Below are positions 1 through 5,998 of a stretch of 5,998 nt of DNA, piece after piece. Source of the DNA: Octopus sinensis. Lineage: Eukaryota. The notes under the pieces were generated by a model. It saw only the letters and a list, made by a program, of their open reading frames with translations, made no database searches and was not told the origin of the DNA. Location of the stretch: NCBI RefSeq assembly GCF_006345805.1, contig NW_021829731.1:1-5998 (forward strand), read 5' to 3'. Position 1 is the stretch's first letter. The number at the start of each line of letters is the position of its first letter. The position numbers and the translations under genes are program-made.

Positions 1-41
1 TGATGTTGCTATGATTATTACCATCATCATTCCCATCCGTA

Positions 42-51
<10 letters not shown>
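1..51 (+). repeat. Direct repeat, copy 1 (copy 2 at 3187-3237); may extend left of the window
   Basis: tgatgttgctatgattattaccatcatcattcccatccgtattttattatt aligns without gaps to 3187-3237 with 2 mismatches in 51 nt. Confidence 0.85.
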
Positions 52-85
<34 letters not shown>

Positions 86-113
86 TATTATAATTATCAT
101 TATCATTATTATT
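46..113 (+). repeat. (ATT)n microsatellite with a few ATC interruptions
   Basis: Directly visible; serves as the 3' (AAT)n tail or flank of the minus-strand element at 112-506. Confidence 0.95.
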
Positions 114-506
114 GAGTGAGAGAGCAGTGCATGCCATCAAAGTGACACTGGGGTAAAATATACGAAGCCCAATATACCCATCATGACTACCCGTCTGATA
201 AGGGTACACCAGGTACATGCATCACAACCATATGTGTGCAACATGGTGATCTCATATCAAGATAAACAGCTCATGACCTTGCAGGTGGAGCCCAGTTAGA
301 ATTTTCTTCAGGTTGAGTAGCCCATCCCGCTCAAACGGTCCCTGAATAAGGGTTGTTTAAGAATGATGAAAGAACCACCCATGTTTCCAGAGGTGAATTA
401 TTCAAACCCCAAAGAATCCCTCTCAACACACGGCTATGATGCTCCCCCACTACTTCTGCTCGTGATCAGAGATGCACATATCGTCAGCCACTAAGGGGCA
501 TGCTCA
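112..506 (-). mobile_element. Interspersed repeat 'element A': probable 3' non-coding part of a non-LTR retroposon ending in (AAT)n, 5'-truncated
   Basis: 112-294 recurs inverted at 4481-4662 (about 13 differences in about 183 nt by hand). Both copies share the end ...ctctcactcaa followed by (AAT)n but have different 5' ends, as expected for TPRT truncation. No convincing ORF. Clade not determinable from sequence. Confidence 0.7.

Positions 507-507
<1 letters not shown>

Positions 508-570
<63 letters not shown>
508..570 (+). repeat. Perfect (ATT)21 microsatellite
   Basis: Counted directly; source of the spurious poly-Leu ORF 500-700. Confidence 0.97.
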
Positions 571-572
<2 letters not shown>

Positions 573-771
573 GTCCGAGAGCTGGCAGAAACGTTAGCAC
601 GCCGGGCGAAATGCTTAGCGTTGATTTTCTTCTGCCGCTAAGTTCTGAGTTCAAATTCCGCCGGGGTCGACTTTACCTTTCTTCATTTCGAGTTCTATAA
701 ATTAAGTAGCAGTCACTGGCTTTTACCCGGCTGCCTAGGGTTAAGCTGTTTCGCCTTGTCGGTTCTGAAAC
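573..771 (+). mobile_element. Degenerate tRNA-derived SINE (Meta/MESC-domain type, octopus family)
   Basis: A-box-like tggcagaaacg (583-593) and B-box-like gagttcaaattcc (648-659). Collinear with the copies at 3344-3572 and 3767-4001 up to about 710. The tail gccttgt...tgaaac resembles the tail of array unit 3 (4325-4344). Confidence 0.85.
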
Positions 772-1158
772 GGTCCTCCGGGAAGTCGACGATCGTTGTG
801 GACAAGGCTGGTCTTCAAAGTACAAATGATCCTTCTTAAAGCGAGAAAACCACTCGTAAACTTGTGTTTTAGTCATGGCAGCGACCTTGTAAGCTGTTTG
901 AAGCCTGACAGCTGTTTCGGCCGCCGTTTTCCCCAGCACAAAATAGAATTTTACAGAAGTACGCTGTTCCTTCGTTTCAGAGGAGACGCACCGCAAAGCA
1001 AAGCCTCACCGCGTGGCAGTACGACTTTGGACAGTGATGCCGGTCGGTAGAATGATGCCTGAGGGTCACATCAAGTAGCGTCTAGCGGCGGAAGCCTGAA
1101 CTACAACGGGTTTGTGCCACAGAGGACGTTTCCGGTTACTTTGGGGGTATCCCTTCGT
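772..1158 (-). mobile_element. 5' fragment of a mariner (Tc1/mariner superfamily) DNA transposon
   Basis: Minus strand begins ACGAAGGGATACCCCCAAAGTAACCGGAA (1158-1130), a mariner-style ACGAGGG.. terminus. About 160 nt of leader follows, then the transposase N-terminus. The rest of the element is missing. Confidence 0.85.
778..996 (-). pseudogene. Mariner transposase N-terminal DNA-binding (Mos1-type HTH) remnant, about 73 codons
   Basis: KEQRTSVKFYFVLGKTAAETAVRLQTAYKVAAMTKTQVYEWFSRFKKDHLYFEDQPCPQRSSTSR matches the mariner pattern EQR.ciKFcf.lGK.a.Et...l..ayg...ms.tqv.eWf.rFk.g....eD.prsGRpSTS. Homology stops after STSR and there is no DDD catalytic domain. The remainder of ORF 673-996 reads into antisense SINE. 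Confidence 0.9.
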
Positions 1159-1210
1159 GTGTATAAGGTATCTACGCATACTTACACACTCAGCCATAAA
1201 TATATATATA

Positions 1211-1623
1211 GGAGCAGGAGTGGCTGTGTGGTAAGTAGCTTGTTTACCAACCACATGGTTCCGGGTTCAGTCCCACTGCGTGGCACCTTGGGCAAGTGTC
1301 TTCTACTATAGCCTCAGGCCGACCAAAGCCTTGTGAGTGGATTTGGTAGACGGAAACTGAACGAAGCCCGTCGTATATATATATATATATATATATGCGT
1401 GTGTGTGTGCTTGTGTGTCGGTGTTTGTCCCCCTAGCATTGCTTGGCAACCGATGCTGGTATGTTTATGTCCCCGTCACTTAGCGGCTCGGCAAAAGAGA
1501 GACCGATAGAATAAGTACTGGGCTTACAAAAAAAGAATAAGTCCCGGGGGTCGAGTTGCTCGATTATTAAAGGCGCTGCTCCAGCATGGCCGCAGTCAAA
1601 TGACAGAAACAAGTAAAAGAGAG
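1211..1623 (+). mobile_element. Composite tRNA-derived CORE-SINE: head, internal (TA)n(TG)n, second module, AAAAGAG tail
   Basis: A-box tggctgtgtgg (1221-1231), B-box gggttcagtccc (1263-1274) and CORE-like accttgggcaagtgtcttc (1285-1303). (TA)n at 1374-1396. 1328-1623 is collinear with 5150-5470. Confidence 0.9.
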
Positions 1624-1983
1624 TATATAACCACACATACACACACATTCACAGAAAGCTATTTAACACGTACACATCCACACAACCAGGCAGGCACACA
1701 CACACGCACATTAAAACACATGCAACAGTTTTTTCTTTGACACTTAACCACATTCTTCAACGTTTTCGGTTTTTGTTTTGTTTTTCTTTTTGTTTCTTTT
1801 TTTGTTTTTACTCTTTTGACTTCCATTTCGGAAACAGCCCTACCTTTATATAGGGGTGTTCAAAAAGTCTCTCCGCAGTGAATTTTTTTTTTCATTCTGA
1901 TTCTCCAAGCGCCAGACTCCTCAAAAATGTATTTCAAAACATGTGTAGAAGAGAATAAGGTTATCTTAACAACCTCGCTTCTA

Positions 1984-3172
<1,189 letters not shown>

Positions 3173-3186
3173 AATATTTTTAGTGT

Positions 3187-3237
3187 TGATGTTGCTATGA
3201 TTATTACCATCATCATTACCATCCGTACTTTATTATT
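3187..3237 (+). repeat. Direct repeat, copy 2 (copy 1 at 1-51)
   Basis: 49/51 identity to 1-51. Confidence 0.85.
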
Positions 3238-3343
3238 ACTACAGTACTCAACTTACATACAGAAAATGAAGGACGACGCTTTCAACACCTCTTATAAAGT
3301 TTTTCAAAGTCTTGTAAAGTCTAATATGTTCTTTTGTAGTCTT

Positions 3344-3572
3344 ATACCTATTTCTTTACTACCCACAAGGGGCTAAACACAGAGGGGACAAACAAGGACA
3401 GACATAGGTATTAAGTCGATTACATCGACCCCAGTGCGTAACTGGCACTTAATTTATCGATCCCGAAAGGATCAAAGGCAAAGTCGACCTCGGCGGAATT
3501 TGAACTCAAAACGTAACGCAGACGAAATACCGCTAAGCATTTCGCCCGGCGTGCTAACGGTTCTGCCAGCTC
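3344..3572 (-). mobile_element. Near full-length tRNA-derived Meta/MESC-type SINE, antisense
   Basis: Reverse complement reads gagctggcagaaccgttagc...gagttcaaattcc...cctttgatcctttcgggatcgataaattaagtgccag...gtagtaaagaaataggtat, collinear with 3772-4001. Confidence 0.92.
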
Positions 3573-3766
3573 TTAGAAATATTTGTTTTGCGATAAAATC
3601 CTTACTGCGGATAGACTTTTTGAACACTCAGCTTTCTGTTTATTTTGTCGCCATACAAGCTAAGCTGATGTAGAATATGGCTTCCGTTTTTGAACGTGCA
3701 CAGGCGACCAGCTATTCACTCTGCGGCAGGTCGTCGAGAAATCGTGGGAATGTTGCCTAGAGGGAA

Positions 3767-4344
3767 GGCAGCCAACTGGCAGAATCGTTAGCACTCCTAG
3801 CGAAATGCCTAGCGGTATTTCGTCTGCCGTTACGTTCTGAGTTCGAATTCCGCCGAGGTCAACTTGGCTTTCATCATTTCGGGGTCGATTAAATAAGTAC
3901 CAGTTACGCACTGGGTTCGATGTAATCGACTTAATACCTGTGTCTGTCCTTGTTTGTCGCCTCTGTGGTTAGCCCCTTGTGGGTAGTAAAGAAATAGGTA
4001 TTTCGTCTGCTGTTACGTTCTGAGTTCAAATTCCGCCGAGGTCAACTTTGCCTTTCATAATTTCGGGGTCGATAAATTAAGTACCAGTTACGCACTGGGG
4101 TTGATGTAATCGACTTAATCCGTGTGTCTGTCCTTGTTTGTCGCCTCTGTGGTTAGCCCCTTGTGGGTAGTAAAGAAATAGGTATTTCGGCTGCTGCTAC
4201 GTTCGGAGTTCACCTTCCACCGTGGTTGACTTGACCTTTCATTCTCGTGGGGCTCGATAAATTCAGTACCAGTTGAACACTGGAGTCGATTTAATCGACT
4301 CATCCCCAACACCCCGAAGCTGCCCTTGTGGCAAAAATTTGAAA
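3767..4344 (+). mobile_element. SINE tandem array: one tRNA-like head plus three body units (starting at 3814, 3997, 4181)
   Basis: A-box tggcagaatcg (3777-3787) and B-box-like gagttcgaattcc (3839-3851). Units restart at ggtatttcg with periods 183 and 184 nt. Units 1 and 2 are about 94% identical; unit 3 is more diverged and has a different tail. Confidence 0.9.
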
Positions 4345-4397
4345 TAATAATAATAGTAATAATAGTAATAATAATAGTAATAATAATACTAATAATA

Positions 4398-4450
<53 letters not shown>

Positions 4451-4477
4451 TAATAATAATATAATAATATAATAATA
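4345..4477 (+). repeat. (AAT)n microsatellite with AGT interruptions; tail of array unit 3
   Basis: Directly visible. Confidence 0.95.
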
Positions 4478-4480
4478 GAA

Positions 4481-4662
4481 TGGGCCCCACCTGCAAGGTC
4501 ATGTGCATTTATCTTGATATGAGATCACCATATCGCGCACATATGGTTGTGATGCATGTGCCTGGTGTGCCCTTATCAGACAGGGTAGTCATGATGGGTA
4601 TATTGGGCTTCGTATATTTTACCCAGTGTCACTTTGATGGCACGAACTGCCCTCTCACTCAA
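4481..4662 (+). mobile_element. Element A, second (more truncated) copy, inverted relative to 112-506
   Basis: Reverse complement of 112-294 at about 93% identity by hand; followed by an (AAT)n tail. Confidence 0.85.
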
Positions 4663-4720
4663 TAATATAATAATAATAATAATAATATGAGAATAATAAT
4701 AATATAATAATAAAATAATA

Positions 4721-4759
<39 letters not shown>

Positions 4760-4783
4760 TAATAATAAAATAATAATATATTA

Positions 4784-4834
<51 letters not shown>
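4661..4834. repeat. (AAT)n tract (4661-4780) abutting an (ATT)n tract (4781-4834)
   Basis: Strand switch visible at ...taataatata|ttaattatta... Confidence 0.93.
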
Positions 4835-4836
<2 letters not shown>

Positions 4837-4960
4837 TTTCACGTTGCTCCAGTCCACTCAGCCGGAAAAAATGTGTAATGCTGCGATGAACTGGCGTCCC
4901 GTCCAGCTGGGGAACACATACGCCATAGAGACCGGGAAACCGGGTCAATGAGCCTGGCTA
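4834..4960 (+). mobile_element. 5'-truncated SINE fragment with CORE-3'-like and V-domain-like motifs
   Basis: ctgcgatgaactggcgtcccgtccag (4881-4906) resembles the V-SINE domain motif CTGCGATGGACTGGCG.CC.GTCCAG. The preceding ccagtccactcagc..aaaaatg resembles the CORE 3' block. No tRNA head and no second copy in the window. Confidence 0.6.
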
Positions 4961-4965
4961 TATTG

Positions 4966-5197
4966 TTGTGTCTGGGGAGAGTCAATCTGTTTTTATACCT
5001 TATTAGTTAACACACGCACCGGTTCGATTTCCACTCATTTACTTACATATTTGTTTCTAAAATTTTCGTTGCTTCTTGGAACCTCTTCAATGGTCAACGA
5101 CTATTGCAGAGGTTGCAAGAAGCAACGAAAATTTTAGAAAAAAATAAATGCCTTGTGAGTGGATTTGGTAGACAGAAACTGAAAGAAGACTGTCGTA

Positions 5198-5241
<44 letters not shown>

Positions 5242-5544
5242 CGTGTGTGTGTTTGTGTGTCTGTGTTTGTCCCCTTAGCATTGCTTGACAACCGATGCTG
5301 GTGTGTTTACGTCCCCGTCACTTAGCGGTTCGGCAAAAGAGACCGATAGAATAAGTACTGGGCTTACAAAGAATAAGTCCCGGGGTCGATTTGGTCGACT
5401 AAAGGCGGTGCTCCAGCATGGCCGCAGTCAAATGACTGAAACAAGTAAAAGAGTAAAAGAGTAAAGAGAGATGAGTGGAAATCGAACCGGTGAGTGTGTT
5501 AATTAAATAAGGCATTAAAACAGATTGACTCTCCCCAGACACAA
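4966..5544. mobile_element. Foldback (almost fully palindromic) non-autonomous element of about 260 bp, right arm interrupted by a SINE
   Basis: Outer arms 4966-5038 / 5471-5544 (about 5 differences in 74 nt). Inner arms 5057-5095 / 5099-5137 (3 mismatches in 39) around a 3-nt centre aac (5096-5098). Confidence 0.85.
5150..5470 (+). mobile_element. 5'-truncated copy of the composite CORE-SINE, inserted in the foldback element
   Basis: Collinear with 1328-1623, including internal (TA)n(TG)n; tail of repeated taaaagag. Lacks A/B boxes. Confidence 0.9.
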
Positions 5545-5606
5545 TAAAATATGCTTCAACACACGAATTCACTTAAAGAATGTTGCAAATCAAATACAAA
5601 AATGAA

Positions 5607-5720
5607 ATATATATATATGCGTGTGTATGAGTGTGCGTGTGTGTGTATTTATAGATAGATAGCTACATATATACATATATATATATATATATTTATATAT
5701 ATGTATCTGTGTGTGTGTAT
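5607..5720 (+). repeat. Mixed (TA)n/(TG)n/(GATA)n low-complexity tract
   Basis: Directly visible. Confidence 0.9.
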
Positions 5721-5721
5721 G

Positions 5722-5998
5722 CATGTCGTCCTGACGTCCTGGTTTTGTTATTATTGTTTTTACGTATTTTTGAATTTTTTTCGAGTAACATCGTCCGTTT
5801 TTCCGTCACTGTGTTGTATACTTTCGAGGTTTTCTTCCAAGGAATCTAATGCGACTGGCTTAGATTTCCCTTGGCGGCTGCCCAGATTGGAGCAATCTCA
5901 AGATTAATCAGCCGAAATTGCGAAGATGATCTGGTTCTTGACTGATGACTGAGAGCTTCGAAGTCCCGTCTGTGTGTGTTTTTTTGTCGTCTTCAAAA
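5722..5998. other. Unclassified sequence, probably an interspersed repeat (possibly a Penelope-like terminal repeat in minus orientation); runs off the window
   Basis: Complex, CpG-containing segment abutting a microsatellite, no convincing ORF. Classification rests only on recalled resemblance to octopus repeats. Confidence 0.3.

Noticed and set aside
470-495. CTGACGA on the minus strand of element A as a hammerhead core
   Set aside because: No stem II or GAAA at a suitable distance.
1624-1825. CA-rich and T-rich stretch as a regulatory or splice element
   Set aside because: Low-complexity decayed microsatellite or poly-T with no adjacent exon evidence.
3257-3343. Minus-strand 29-codon open frame (KTTKEHIRLYKTLKNFIRGVESVVLHFLY) ending at a GTAAGT donor-like site (3256-3251)
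   Set aside because: No clear polypyrimidine acceptor, no recognisable homology, and this length is plausible by chance. Spliced RNA-seq reads at 3257/3256 would revive it.
3677-3760. MASV..RRPAIHS..EIVGML, faintly like a mariner N-terminus
   Set aside because: Needs a frameshift, identity is very low, and the adjacent TIR-like motif is in the wrong orientation for a left end.
3434-3911. Two similar ORFs starting MRNW (3434-3673 plus, 3660-3911 minus) that look like paralogous small proteins
   Set aside because: Both are antisense readings of the same SINE family in opposite orientations; similarity reflects the repeat, not coding selection.
3814-4344. Regularly spaced repeats as a CRISPR-like or tRNA gene array
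   Set aside because: Units are contiguous SINE bodies with no unique spacers. The heads have Pol III boxes but I cannot fold a complete cloverleaf, and the context is eukaryotic.

Overview
Eukaryotic, repeat-saturated non-coding DNA with no intact host gene. The SINE families and (AAT)n/(TA)n abundance point to an octopus (Octopodidae) genome; this is recognition from recall, not a database result. In order: a non-coding, AAT-embedded retroposon-like element (112-506, with an inverted partial copy at 4481-4662); a decayed tRNA-derived Meta/MESC-type SINE (573-771); the 5' end of a mariner transposon with TIR and N-terminal HTH coding remnant (772-1158, minus); a composite CORE-SINE with an internal (TA)n(TG)n tract (1211-1623, truncated second copy at 5150-5470); a pair of Tc1/mariner-like inverted repeats (1856-1879 / 3604-3627) enclosing a 1.2-kb ATT/ATC/ACT microsatellite and an antisense SINE; a head-plus-three-body SINE tandem array (3767-4344); a CORE/V-domain SINE fragment; a long foldback element split by a SINE (4966-5544); and an unclassified repeat at the right edge. 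Except for the mariner remnant, the ORF-track entries are microsatellite or repeat artefacts. I found no convincing new protein-coding system. The best leads concern transposon architecture: a microsatellite-inflated MITE, AAT-strand-specific targeting, SINE tandemisation, and a covarying hairpin shared by two SINE families. All alignments were done by eye.
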